The notes below the pieces were generated by a model. The model did no database searches, was not told the origin of the DNA, and saw only the letters and a program-made list of their open reading frames with translations. 64,000 bases of DNA from Octopus vulgaris (lineage: Eukaryota): positions 42,594,001-42,658,000 of the forward strand of contig OX597825.1 of the NCBI GenBank assembly GCA_951406725.2, in the 5' to 3' direction. The first letter of the stretch is position 1; every line of letters begins with the position of its first letter. A program made the translations under genes and the position numbers. Shown piece after piece: positions 1 to 11,499 of the stretch.

Positions 1-337
1 ATTGTTGTTAGCAGTTTAACCACAGATCAATCTTAATCAAGCAAACATAAGAACAAAGGTATTGTGATAATAATCCCAACATTTCAAAGAATTTCAAAAT
101 ATAAGTGTCCTTTCTTATTTTAGGATTGAAGAATGTTGTTTAAGGAATTTAGCTGCTTCTACTAGCAGATCAAATGACAAAATACGCTTTTAAAGAATCA
201 TATTAATTTGTTATGCTGACGAGCCAGCAAAATTATGAATGTAGTTTACTGAAATGGTGTAAAGTATTAAATGACACAGGTTTAAAACATATATTTCAAG
301 TAACTGAGATCAAAGCTTGCCATTGTTGCCACACCCA

Positions 338-893
338 ACTTGGTCAAGTGACTTTTGCTATAGCCCCATGCTAGCCAAAGCCTTGTGAGTGGATTTGGCA
401 GATGGTAGCTGAAAGAAGCCCGTCATATATATATCATCAGATGTTTTAATGTTTCTCTCATATTCTGCCCATTTATGATCTTTCTCTCTCTCACTTTCTA
501 TCTGAACATGTATATTTCTGCTTCTGTATGCATGTTCATGTATGTATGTCTGCCTCTACTGCCAAAAAAATGCAATCACCAAAACAGTTTCAATGTAGGT
601 CATGTATGCTTAATTGTCTCTCTCACACATACACATAAAGTTATACATGCACATATTGTTTCATACACACCAATGAACTTGTTTGCACACACATGCATAT
701 ATGTGTTCTCCCATGCACACATTAGCATCATATGCAACCACATGCTTGCTCACACACACATTAATATAATGAGTTTGTGTCTTTGTGTATGTGTTTGTAC
801 CCCACCAGTACAGGAGGTGATGCATTGGAATAAAAATTCTTCAAGATGGTGCCCCAGCATGGCCACAGTCTAATGACTGAAATAAGTAAAAGA
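338..893 (+). mobile_element. Decayed copy of the dominant tRNA-headed SINE family (head truncated, internal low-complexity spacer)
   Basis: 338-432 (caagtgacttttgctatagcc...ccaaagccttgtgagtggatttgg...gaaagaagcccgtc) matches the copy at 28083-28254. 825-893 (ccagcatggccacagtctaatgactgaaa) matches the SINE 3' part at 7540-7565 and 29870-29900. Confidence 0.75.
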
Positions 894-1160
894 TATGTGA
901 TATATATATCACATATCAGGTATCTCTGTATATATATATATTATTTGTAAGATTCACTTGAATCAAGGTATTTTAACATTCAGGACACAAACACATTTGC
1001 ACATACCTGCAGACATACCTGCTTACATCAAACCTGTCAGGTGATGACTACTAACAACAAACTTTCTATCTCTCCTGAACATTAATTCTGTAATTCTCTA
1101 ACCCCTATTGTACCTCTATAATTGTTATAAGTATTGTCACTGTGATTACATTACATAATA

Positions 1161-2041
1161 TTAGGTATTCCAGAAAATAACAGCCAATTTAAAAAATAAA
1201 CCTATATTCTTGAAAAACTGAACTTATACAAAAGTTTAATTATTCAAAATATGATACCAGAACAGCTTTGCATTTCTCCCACCATTTAACAAGGTCGTTT
1301 ATGCCTCTTCAATAAAAATCTAAAGGTTTTGATTCCAAGAAATCCTTGAATTCGGTTTTCAATCTTAGTTTTGGAACAAAAGGTTTTTTGCTTTAAAAAA
1401 TTAGTAGTTGGTGCATGAAAGACCAGGAGAATATTGGAGGATGTGGTAAGGTCTTGTATCCCAAATGTGTGAGCTTCTGCAGTGTCATCCTGGAAATGTG
1501 CAGTCAAGTGTTATCATCAGCAGAATTGGACCAGGTCTCATTTTGCTCAATTGAACATGCATTTCTTCCAGTTGCTTACAGACACCAAGCATATGAAATA
1601 TTTCTCTGACACTTTGCCGTGGGTTTTGTTTGACAGTTGTTTTCAAATGTTGATCATAAAGAGTGGATGGACGTCCTCAATCTTCTTGATCTTCAAGGCT
1701 CTCATCCCAATTAAGGAATCTCTCAAACCACTATTGTATCATCCAATCACTAGTAGACCCTTCACCCCATGCTCTGTTGATATTGCCGGCTGCTTGGAAA
1801 GCATTATGTCAAATTCATGCAAAAGAAGGTAACTGCATTTCTTCTTTCATGATTGAAATTAAGGATTTCTATGCTTCAACATTATATTCTGAAAGAAATC
1901 AATAAAAATTTATTACAGCGTACACATCAATTATTAAGCATTTACAATTTTGTCTAAAACACTATAAAAATAACATCTTAAATCGAATTTGAAAAAATAT
2001 TTTTGATAAATTGGACAGTATTTAAAAAAGAAAAACCCTAA
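1161..2041 (-). mobile_element. Internally deleted mariner DNA transposon
   Basis: Imperfect TIRs with flanking TA: TA|ttaggtattccagaaaataacagccaattt and aaattggacagtattt...ccctaa|TA. The minus strand encodes DESLEDQE-GRPS (~1665-1710) and LGYKTLPHPP/YSPGLS, the mariner YSPDL motif with a 1-nt frameshift (~1415-1470). About 880 bp, shorter than a full ~1.3 kb element. Confidence 0.85.
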
Positions 2042-2369
2042 TAAAATGTTTGACTTCATTCATGGCATAACCTTCTTCTCTCACCTATATTTATATTCCC
2101 TTCTCTCACTTCCTGACTTTATACTGGATTCTCATATTCTAACTCATCCAGGATGTCATTATATTTTTTGTATTCCTTTATTTTTATATTCTTATTTACA
2201 TATTAAGAGGTACTTTCATTCCTTGGATATTTTTGAAAACTATCATGTTTTTATAATATCATTATGTATACATGAATTTTAAACTACATTCTACATTTTT
2301 AACTATAGGTGCGTTTCTGTATATGTTTGTAAATATATGCATGTACTTGCTTAAAGCCACCTAATAGGG

Positions 2370-2577
2370 CAGTTTATAAGCTAGTATATAGCTTTTAAGC
2401 AAGTGACCCTAAAAGGGAGGATCTGCAAACAGATCTCTGAATTGTGTTGGAGTATTTGTTACAATTGCATCCTCCAGAGTCATATCCCAATGACAATCAA
2501 ATATTAGTAGCCCGCACTCTTAACCCCAAGATTCCAAGTTCAATTCCAGGCAGTGACCTGAATAATAATAAATAATA

Positions 2578-2615
<38 letters not shown>

Positions 2616-2761
2616 CAAAAAATAATTTAGGAATAAGAACCCAGGTTCGAAATTTCCCCAAGACACCTGATAAAGGTAGGTGGGTATATCAGCCAAAATG
2701 TTGTGTTAACAACAAACAAGAAGAGGATAAATATCTGTCAATTGTAAATAATGTAAATAAT
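2370..2761 (+). mobile_element. Non-autonomous retroelement with tRNA-like segments, (AAT)n and a decayed minimal hammerhead motif (Penelope-like terminal repeat)
   Basis: tRNA-like stretch ctcttaaccccaagattccaagttcaattcc (2517-2548), (AAT)n at 2561-2612, B-box-like ggttcgaaat (2644-2653) and hammerhead-like motif at 2662-2707. The 3' part gtgttaacaacaaacaag...aataatgtaaataat recurs at ~58363-58420. Confidence 0.55.
2662..2707 (+). ncRNA. Decayed minimal hammerhead-ribozyme-like motif
   Basis: gacac-CTGATAA-a-ggtag(gtgggtatat)cagcc-AAA-ATGT-T-gtgtt. Stem I gacac/gtgtt flanks a CUGANGA-like core. The expected GAA-ACGT appears as AAA-ATGT, consistent with CpG decay. Probably inactive. Confidence 0.5.
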
Positions 2762-3612
2762 CAAACAAATTTATTTTCATATGGGGTAGGACTGCCTTTG
2801 GCAGTAATTACAGCTTGAATTCTATGAGGTATGGATTCATACAAAGTTTGAATTGTTTCCAACAGAATTCTTCAGCTAAAACAGTCTCCAGTTCTTGTAG
2901 TGCTGATGGTGGAGGATATTGACTCCTTACTTGTTTTTCTAAAATGCACCATAAATGTTCAATAATAGTGAGATCTTGGGACTGTGGTGGCTAGATAAGA
3001 TGTTCAATGTCACCAGAATGTTCCTTGTGCCATTCAGTAACAACTTTAGCTGTGTAAATTGGTTCATTATAATCCTGAAATATTGCGTTTCCTTCTGGAA
3101 ACAGTTCTGCAACCATAGGATGAATTTGATCAGATAAAATGCTTAAATAGTCTTGACTATCAATTATGCCATGAAGGGAAACCATTGAGCCAGTGGATTT
3201 CCAAGATATAGCCCAACCCCGCCCCCAGATCATCACAGATCCTCCTCCATGTTGGAAGAAAGCAGTCTGGGTCAAATGCTTCTTTCAGCTGTCTTCACAC
3301 GTATACTTGGCCGGTAGTCGGAAATAAGGTAAAAGATGACTCATCTGAGAAAATCATATTCTTCCACTGCTCTAGGCACCAATTCTGTAGGTTTTGACTC
3401 CACTCTAAATGCTTTGCAACATTTGTTTTTTAAAGTAGTGGTTTTCTGATTGCAGCCCTCCCATGAAATCTGACTTTGTGCAGCTCCCGGTGAACTGTTT
3501 TTGTGGAAACTGGGTTCTTGAGGTGGTCATTAAGCTCTGCAGTAATTTGTGGAGCTGTACTTTTGTGATCCTTTCTAACAATTTGCATATGAGTCTGACA
3601 GTCTCTATCTGA
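2762..3612 (-). mobile_element. Tc1-like transposon fragment (transposase C-terminal two-thirds, pseudogene)
   Basis: Minus-strand ORFs TAPQITAELNDHLKNPVSTKTVHRELHKVRFHGRAAIRKPLL and HGGGSVMIWG...AIFQDYNEPIYTAKVVTEW are Tc1 HTH and DDE motifs. Near-identical to the copy at 27220-28057. Ends at a SINE head at ~3615. Confidence 0.9.
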
Positions 3613-3614
3613 AA

Positions 3615-3704
3615 ACACTTGCCCAAGGTGCCATGCAGGGGGACTGAACCCAGAACCATGTGGTTGGTAAGCAAGCTATTTACCACACAGTCACTCCTGC
3701 GCCT
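3615..3704 (-). mobile_element. tRNA-derived SINE head
   Basis: Reverse complement caggcgcaggagtgactgtgtggtaaatagcttgcttaccaaccacatggttctgggttcagtcccc...ggcaccttgggcaagtg has A/B-box-like elements. Same family as 28083-28254. Confidence 0.85.
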
Positions 3705-3847
3705 GTATATATATCAGGGCAAAGGGTATATGTATGCAATGCATGGCTTACTTTTTTTTTGTAAATTATAAAATTTATTACTGATAATTTTTACAATCTT
3801 CATAGTACTCAATATTTTTTCTATTTCCCATTCCTTCATATCTTAGT

Positions 3848-4367
3848 CATCATCATCATCATCATCCTCATCGTTTAACGTCCGCTATCCATGCTAGCAT
3901 GGGTTGGATGGTTCAACTGGGGTCTGGCAAGCCTGAAGGCTGCACCAGGCCAGTCAGATCTGGCAGTGTTTCTACAGCTGGATGCCCTTCCTAACGCCAA
4001 CCACTCCGAGAGTGTAGTGGGTGATTTTATGTGCCACCGACACAGGTGTCAGACGAGGCTGGCAGACGGCCACGCTCGGATGGTGTTTTTTATGTGCCAC
4101 CGACACAGGTGCCAGACGAGGCTGGCAGACGGCCATGCTCGGATGGTGTTTTCGGTGTTTTCTTATGTGCCACCGACACAGGTGCCAGACGAGGCTGGCG
4201 AACGGCCACGATTGGATGGTGTTTGTTATGTGCCCACAGCACGGAGGCCAGTCGATGCGGTACTGGCTACGGTCCCGTTCAGATGGTTTTCTTATGTGCC
4301 ACCGGCACTGGTACCACAAGGATACAAATTCCATTGATGTTCATCTATTTTGATTTGATTTGATTAG
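3848..4367 (-). mobile_element. RTE-3'-end-related non-autonomous element with (GAT)n tail and an internal GC-rich tandem array
   Basis: (CAT)n tail at 3848-3871 and tttctacagctggatgcccttcctaacgccaaccac, shared with the RTE 3' UTR at 7220-7357 and with 29941-30071, 42545-42760 and 45045-45222. The motif tatgtgcc recurs at 4028, 4091, 4164, 4227 and 4293. Confidence 0.75.
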
Positions 4368-4949
4368 TATAAATCATAAACAATCAATATTATTTAAGAC
4401 ATTTAAGTAGAATAAGATCATGTTTGCTTATCAAGAAAAGAAAAAAAGGCAGTGAATTAATTGCTTTCTTCATCATTTCAAGTAGGGAGCATGAAAGAAA
4501 AAGGCAAAGGAGTTGATGAGAGAAAGGCAGAGGAAAACAGAATTTTTTCTGCTTGTTTTCAGTCAAAGGAATAGTGTTAATTTTTTCATATTCTATTATT
4601 CTCTTTGAGAAGAGAAGTGAAAAAGAGAGACAAAACAATAGAGTGAGAAGTCAAGAGAGACAAAGGCAAAGTAAAGCAGAAATTTTACTCTTTCCATTCC
4701 TTCTAGCTGTGTTAAGCCAGAAGACATGCTATCAACATATTTTCTGAAGCACTGTTGTTCTTTCTTTCCTGAATGGCAAAGACCAAAGACTTGCTTATTC
4801 AAATTAAAGCTTTCCTCATAGTTGGACAGATATAGACAAGAAATAGGGGTTTCCTCAATTCAATGTTTGCTTTTTTGCTGATTCTGGTTTATTTCATACA
4901 ATTATTTGGTACTGAAGAGTATATGTATAATTTATCCTTTATTTTTTGT

Positions 4950-5166
4950 TGTTGTTTCAATCATTAGATTATGGCTATGCTGGATCACTGTCTTTAAGAA
5001 TTTTTAGTCAAATTACTCAACCCCTGACTTTTTTCTTAAGGCTGCTACTTACTTAGTTGGTCTCATGCCAAACTGGTAAGTTACATAAACACACCAACAC
5101 CAGTTGTCAAGTAGTGGTGGGGGACAAACACTGATTCAAAGGCACACGCACACAGGTATATGTGCA

Positions 5167-5200
<34 letters not shown>

Positions 5201-5350
5201 CGCGCATCGTGTTTTTCAGTTTCTGTCTACCAGATCCACTCACAAGTCTTTGGTTAGTACAAGGTTATAGAAGAAGACACTTGCTCAAGGTGCCACACAA
5301 TGAGACTGAACTTGGAACCATTTAGTTGGGAAGCAAACACAGAGCCATGA
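4950..5350 (-). mobile_element. Near full-length tRNA-headed SINE with (CATA)n spacer
   Basis: Reverse complement of the head (gaagacacttgctcaaggtgccacac...gactgaac), body (ttcagtttctgtctaccagatccactcacaag) and tail (tgtttcaatcattagattatggctatgctgg). Confidence 0.8.
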
Positions 5351-5728
5351 CCGCTTTTTTAAATCATATAACCCATGGCGAGTATTAAGTCTAGGTTTGC
5401 CTGATGTATTCTTCCTCTTTTTAAGATTATATGTATGATTTGCAGATTATTTGGCTATTTCTAGCAGGCCAAGTCTCTGCATAAATATTTCTTAATATGT
5501 GCATGTATATCAATGTTTTCAAATTATTTTTCCCAAGATGTCAGCCATCAATAAAAAGCAAAATAAAATGTAAATCTAATAATTTAGCTGAAGGTTTGAC
5601 TTCTGAAAATGCAAAATACAACTTGAATACTCACCAACAATGTAACAAATAGTGGTCAAGTGATTCTGACACCTCTCATGGGAAGACAATACAATTTGAA
5701 AATCAATGGAAGCTGCTCGTAATTTTTA

Positions 5729-5893
5729 CAGGTGCAGGCACTGTTGTGCGGTAAGAAGTTTACTTGCCAACCACATGGTTCCAGGCTCACTGTGTGGCAT
5801 CCTGGGTGAGTGTCTTCAACTATAAATTCAGGCTGACCAAAGCTTTGTGAGTGGATTTGATGGAAAGCAGCTAAAAAGAAGCCCATTGTATAT
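5729..5893 (+). mobile_element. SINE 5' half
   Basis: caggtgcaggcactgttgtgcggtaag...ccaaccacatggttcc...ccaaagctttgtgagtggatttg...aagaagccc, same family as 28083-28254. Confidence 0.8.
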
Positions 5894-5932
5894 AGCATGG
5901 AACATGGACGTTATATATATATATATATATAT

Positions 5933-6130
5933 ATATAAACAACTTATAAATAAGGACAAACAAAAAAATTTCTAATGCCAAATATGACGAAAATTGGACA
6001 TATTGTCCATTACCATATAATTTTTCACAATATTGTGAAAAATTATAGGGTAATGGACAATATGTCCAATTTTCGGCATATTTGTTATTAGAAATTTTTT
6101 CGTTTGCCCTTATCTATAAGTTTTTTTATA
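5933..6130. repeat. ~198-bp spacerless palindrome
   Basis: Centre cacaat|attgtg at 6031/6032. The arms pair with few mismatches, e.g. gaaaattggacatattgtccattacc.tataatttttcac with gtgaaaaattata.ggtaatggacaatatgtccaattttc. Confidence 0.95.
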
Positions 6131-6216
6131 ATTTTAACCTTTAAAGGTATTTTTTAATATGCTGGCCATTGATAAAACTTTTTTTCGAAAAAAATTTTAT
6201 CCTACATTAAATATAA

Positions 6217-6258
<42 letters not shown>

Positions 6259-6664
6259 GAAAAGATTTGGAGTCAACAAGAAGGAGTATGGTTGGACATT
6301 TATTTTCAATCACTACAATTATTTCTATGTAAAGTAATTTTCCAGGCAGACAGGTACTTGATTATGCAAACATTTCCCTGTATTATGAGATCAAGTTGTC
6401 TTTCCTTGGGTGATATGTGAATATTGTCTGGTTGTATTTCTATGTGCATGTATGCATGCCTGTCTGTGCGTTTAGTATGCATGGATGTATGTATTTACAT
6501 GTATGTATATATAGATACACATGCACACATTTGTGTATGTATATGTGTGCATATATATATATATGTACATATATTTGTATATGATTATGTATGTGAGTGC
6601 ATGCACATATCTGTATATGTGTGTGTCCGAGCAACAACACATGTTGATAAACTCAGTGTCTGCT

Positions 6665-7357
6665 ACTAACAGATTGTATGATGCCTGTGGACATACAACT
6701 ATGTTACATGGCAGTAAAATGTGGGCTTTGACAACAAAAGACTTGCAAAGGCTAGAGTGCTCCACTTGATGGGTAATGTCAGTGTGCACATACCTCAGAG
6801 TGTGAGTGATTTAAGAGGAAAACTGGGTATAAGAGACATCAGATGATGTGTGCAAGAGAGAAGATTGTGCTGGTTTGGCCAGGTGATGCTTACAGATGAG
6901 AACAACTGTGCAAAGAAATGCCACGCTCCAATTGTGGAGGGAATCTGTGGAAGGGGTCAACCCAGAAAGACGTGGGACAAATTGGTGAGAAAGAATGTTC
7001 AGTTGCTGGGCCTCATTGAGAAAATGACAATGTATTGGGAATTGTAGTGATTTGCTGTACTTGAGAAGAAGCATCAAGTGAAGTATCATAAAATCGCTGT
7101 CATTCAAACATACTGGCTTGTCCTTTACAGGTGCTGGTGCCACATAAAAAGCATTTGTGCCGTTGCTGCGTAAGTGCATCTGTACCAGTGGCACAATGAA
7201 AAGCACCCAGCACACTCTGTCAAGTGGTTAGTATTAGAAAGGGTATCCAGCTGTAGAAATCATGCCATAACAGACAATTTGGAGTCTGAACAGCTCCCTG
7301 GCTGGTTAGCTTGATGCCTGCATGCAAATCAGACATTAAACAATGATAATGATGATA
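6665..7357 (+). mobile_element. RTE-clade LINE 3' fragment with 3' UTR and (GAT)n tail
   Basis: RLYDACGHTTMLHGSKMWALT..DLQRLE and RRLCWFGQVM...GRGQPRKTW are RTE C-terminal motifs (LYGSETW, RLRWFGHV, RGRPRKTW). Tail aaacaatgataatgatgat. Confidence 0.85.
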
Positions 7358-7364
7358 TGTGTGC

Positions 7365-7590
7365 ATGTATGTCTTTGTGTTTGTCTCCCACCACTACTTG
7401 AAACTTGTGTTGGTGTGTTTACATCCCCATAACTTAGAAGTTCAGGAAAGAGACTAATAAAATAAGTACCAGATGTAAAAGGAAAATAAGTACTGGGGTC
7501 AGTTAGTTTGACTAAAGAATTCCTTGAGATGGTATCCCAGCATGGCCACAGTCTAATGACTGAAATGAGATAAACAATAAAAGATAACAA
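7365..7590 (+). mobile_element. SINE 3' half
   Basis: tggtgtgtttacatccccataacttag...aataagtact ggggtc...ccagcatggccacagtctaatgactgaaa; matches 29745-29910. Confidence 0.8.
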
Positions 7591-10500
7591 AAGTAAAAGT
7601 ATATGTGTTGCCTTTGCTTTATTAACCAGCCTGGAAGAAAGATATTGCCCATCCCTGCTCACATCAGCTCATAATAATTTTAAAAGTTCAAGGTTTACTA
7701 CGGAAAGGAAAAGGCTTCCAATGTAAAGTGTTTTGGTACATTATGTCAATTATGAATCTAAGACAGATAGAAAACACAATTGCAAGGCTCTGTGACTATT
7801 CTAATCCTTCAAATACAGCTAGAAATTTTAGAATGTGATAATCTATAATAGTGATGACTAAAAAACCTGAAGGAAGAAATATTGAATGGAATTTAAGTTT
7901 GATGGGTTACATGTATAAAGATTTGTGAATAAATCAAATAATTTTTTGAATAAGGGTGACTGGATATGTTTTGGATGATGATGACCAGAAAATGAGATAT
8001 GCAAGATATGGGAACTACACTTGTTGATGTATGTCTAGGTTATGTGGAATGTTAATTATTCTGTAGGGCTAAAGTAATTCTTACATCTGAATGAAAAACA
8101 TTCATTCTTTATCAATGTAAAAGCTCTCTTTCACAGTACTAAAGTAATGTGATTTCCTAGAGAGATCTCTACAGATTGTAAAGCATACTATGTATCAAGA
8201 GTGGTGTTGCTAAAGAAGGAAGCTTCTGAGAAGTTAAGGTATGGTACAATTCTTCTCAATCAGAGTGTTAAATATTACAGATTGTAAAATGCCCATTCGA
8301 AGATACAATAAAAGCCCTAATTATTGAAGAAATGGATAGTTGATGTAAATGGAGCTGTTGAATAAAGCTGTTGTTGGTTAGCAGTCATAAAATATCATAA
8401 TATGATATGGCTTAAATTAATTACATCCTTCCATGAAGACAATTTGTGAAGCTATTCAAGGAAAATGTAAAAGCAGAATTGGCTGTTAGACTACTTAATG
8501 ATGGGTATTAAGTTGCAGCCGAGAACAAGTGAGTTGTTTCATTTTTGCCTCAATTCATCAAGTTATTGAGAAGTTCAGAGAATCTGGAAAAAGTCAAAAG
8601 GTCTGAACATTCACTGATAGCTATCTGAAGCTACAAAAGGGTAAACAATTCACCATTTATTACATTAGAGCATTGGATAAATATTTATATATTAAAAGAA
8701 AGGAAACCATGTAACTTAAATTACTCTTATTAATTAATTATGTAATGTAAGCTGGAGTTGTATGATGTGAATAGATTATGGGTAATCCAGAATATAATAC
8801 AATGAATGTGCGACATGGTAATAGAAGTAGCTCACAATAGCTGTAAACCAAAAATGATATATCATAATATATCTAGGGAGTAAAGTTCATGTATATGGAT
8901 AAGGTTTTTATGGTGTAAGAAGAAGAATCTGACTTTTTGGTATTGACCTTCTTCTGAGAGGAAAGAGATTTTTCAACCAGCACCAGTTCCTACATATTCA
9001 TTATCCTTTTTATGTTTTAATGTATTTAAAGCCAATTTCGTGAAACTAAATGCATCTCAAGAACTGATGAAGACCATATCAATAAAAAAGATTTTAAAAT
9101 CCATGCCCTCCCATACCAACAACATAAACACACATGCGCACATGCACACACACACACACACACACACACAAACAAACAAAACAGAGTAAAATGTAGGTTA
9201 TGAAAATTCATGATTTTGCATGAAAAAAAATTAATAACTGGAATGTAAAATCATAGACTAAGATCTATGACCTCATTTTGTATCTGGTAGGTCAAAACAT
9301 AAACAACATTAAATTGAAGCAGGTCAAAGCACTGAAAGTTTTTAATATTATCAAAAATTTTAATATATTGTACCCCCATCATCATTTCGTTTCTAAAGTC
9401 ATTTTATTCACCCAAAAATTTCACTAATACATAAAGGCATTTGCTTAAAAGAAAAATCAATTCTCTACGTCTATTGATTTATCCTCACAAAGAAAAAATT
9501 AAAAATATATCCCAATACTTCATGTAGAAATTGTTAGTTTTCAGAAACTAATTTTATCTCTGTTAGGCAGAGAACATCTAAAGCTGAATACTTTTTAATT
9601 GCTAATTAAATTTTACACCAGATATTCCTTGATTCTCTGATATAAAGGAGAATTTTTACTTTTATACAGAATATGATAAAGGCAATCAAATTTTATCACT
9701 TTGTTTCTAAGCAACCTGGTATCTTTCTAGATATTTAACAAGATGGTTGTATGTAAAATGTATTAACACTTAGGAATTTTTTATGATACTTCACTTGAAT
9801 GCTGTTGTTAGTTTAGCAATGTTGATGGCAGTAAGAACAGAGGAGATGGAATTAATCTAAGAGAACCATAAAGGGATTGATCTAAGTAAATGTAATTCAA
9901 TTTGAAATTTAAAGTTACAAGAGATAAGAATACTACTAGAGCTGTGGTGCCACAAGATAATAATAGCAATGCTGACATAGGGTCATCAGAGAACTAGTGA
10001 AGACTTTGTTGTTGTTGTTGTTATCCAATGAGTGAACCTCTATACATCCTCTCAGCCTACTAAAAATAGCATTGAGCATTATTATCAAACTCCACCTCAA
10101 AATGTAAAAGCTTTGTTTTAAAAGTTAACCTCATTGAAGTTATATATTTACAATCCATTCACTGGATTGACTTGGAATGCACCAAACTTTGATCTCTTTA
10201 TAGAAAAGAAAATGTTATATAATGCAATATGAAGTTGTGACAAGCATGTTTCTCCAAAGCATCAATAATGAAATGCATGTGTGAGAATTGAGACTTGATT
10301 AGACATCATACTAACAGCTAATCTTTTCCCTATACTGCTAATTTTTGACGAAATATTTTCAAATTACAATGTTAATGAAATCCCCAGGTAAGAAGTACCA
10401 CTTGATTATCACTAAAAGATATTCTTGATTGCACATGTTGTCTTTCCAGTCTGTTATACATTGAAATATGATTTTCAATATCTCACCAGTTTCAAAATTC

Positions 10501-11234
10501 TCAAATATCCTACAAATATAAGTGATGCAAAACAATTGAAATTAGTAATTAAAACTCAAGCACATAATCAAATTAATGAGTTAACAATTAAAGTACAAAA
10601 TTAGAGAAACCTAGAAATATATGATTATGACTAGCTTGAGAAACAGTTGCAGTCACAAGAGCAGCTTTGTATTACTCACCACTACCAACATACTTGAGGA
10701 AACAGGCAAGAGGGCTGGCTTCTATGGGGTTCATTAGACCTCTTAGAAGCAACTGCCAAATTGCCATCAAATCTCACCATGCTGTCTCAAAAGAAGCTGG
10801 TTCTAGATGCATAGTGTCTGGTAAAAGAGAATATGGATTGTTATGGCTTGAATGCCTTTGAACTGAGGCCAGCTTAATTAGGCATGACTTAGCGTTAAGC
10901 AACAACTGCAGCAACTTGGTATGGTAGTGACAGTTTAATAGACATAGCCATATTATACTAAAATGTAATTACCTGAATTTGAAAAACCATTGAAATTATA
11001 TAAGAAAAAATTTACATAAATTGTAAATAAAAAAATCTTTATTTCAAGCATATCTTGAAATTTTTAAAGTGTCATTTTTTCTTTCTTATTAAAGAAAAAA
11101 TATCATGGTAGTGGAAAAATATGAAATTAACACAAACATATGCAATTCTTGGCTAAGGTAAAAAAAAAAACCCTCTCACCCTCTCTCACTTTAAAAATGG
11201 GTGTGTGAATTTTATACTCGTACACACACACACA

Positions 11235-11335
11235 CAGGTACAAGGATGGCTATGTGGTTAAGATGGTTGCTTCCCAACTACGTGGATTTAGCTTCAGTCC
11301 CACTGTGTCATACCTTGTACAAGTGTCTTCTACTA
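11235..11335 (+). mobile_element. SINE head fragment
   Basis: caggtacaaggatggctatgtggttaag...cttcagtcccactgtgtcataccttgtacaagtgtcttctacta. Confidence 0.75.
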
Positions 11336-11499
11336 GTTACAAGTCATAATAATGGTAGCATGAAAAATAGTTGTCAGTGTCACATGAAGACAAGAACCAT
11401 AAGAAAAGGGTAACCTGTAAGATTTGTAGTTACAACCACAATTTGAGAACGTTTTACTTCTGGGAAGACTATCAATGTTTAAAATGAATGACAATTTTC

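Noticed and set aside
3891-4363. Overlapping ORFs and a CRISPR-like look of the repeated units
   Set aside because: Units are tandem with no unique spacers, there are no cas genes, and the context is a eukaryotic TE. The ORFs arise from the GC-rich repeat.
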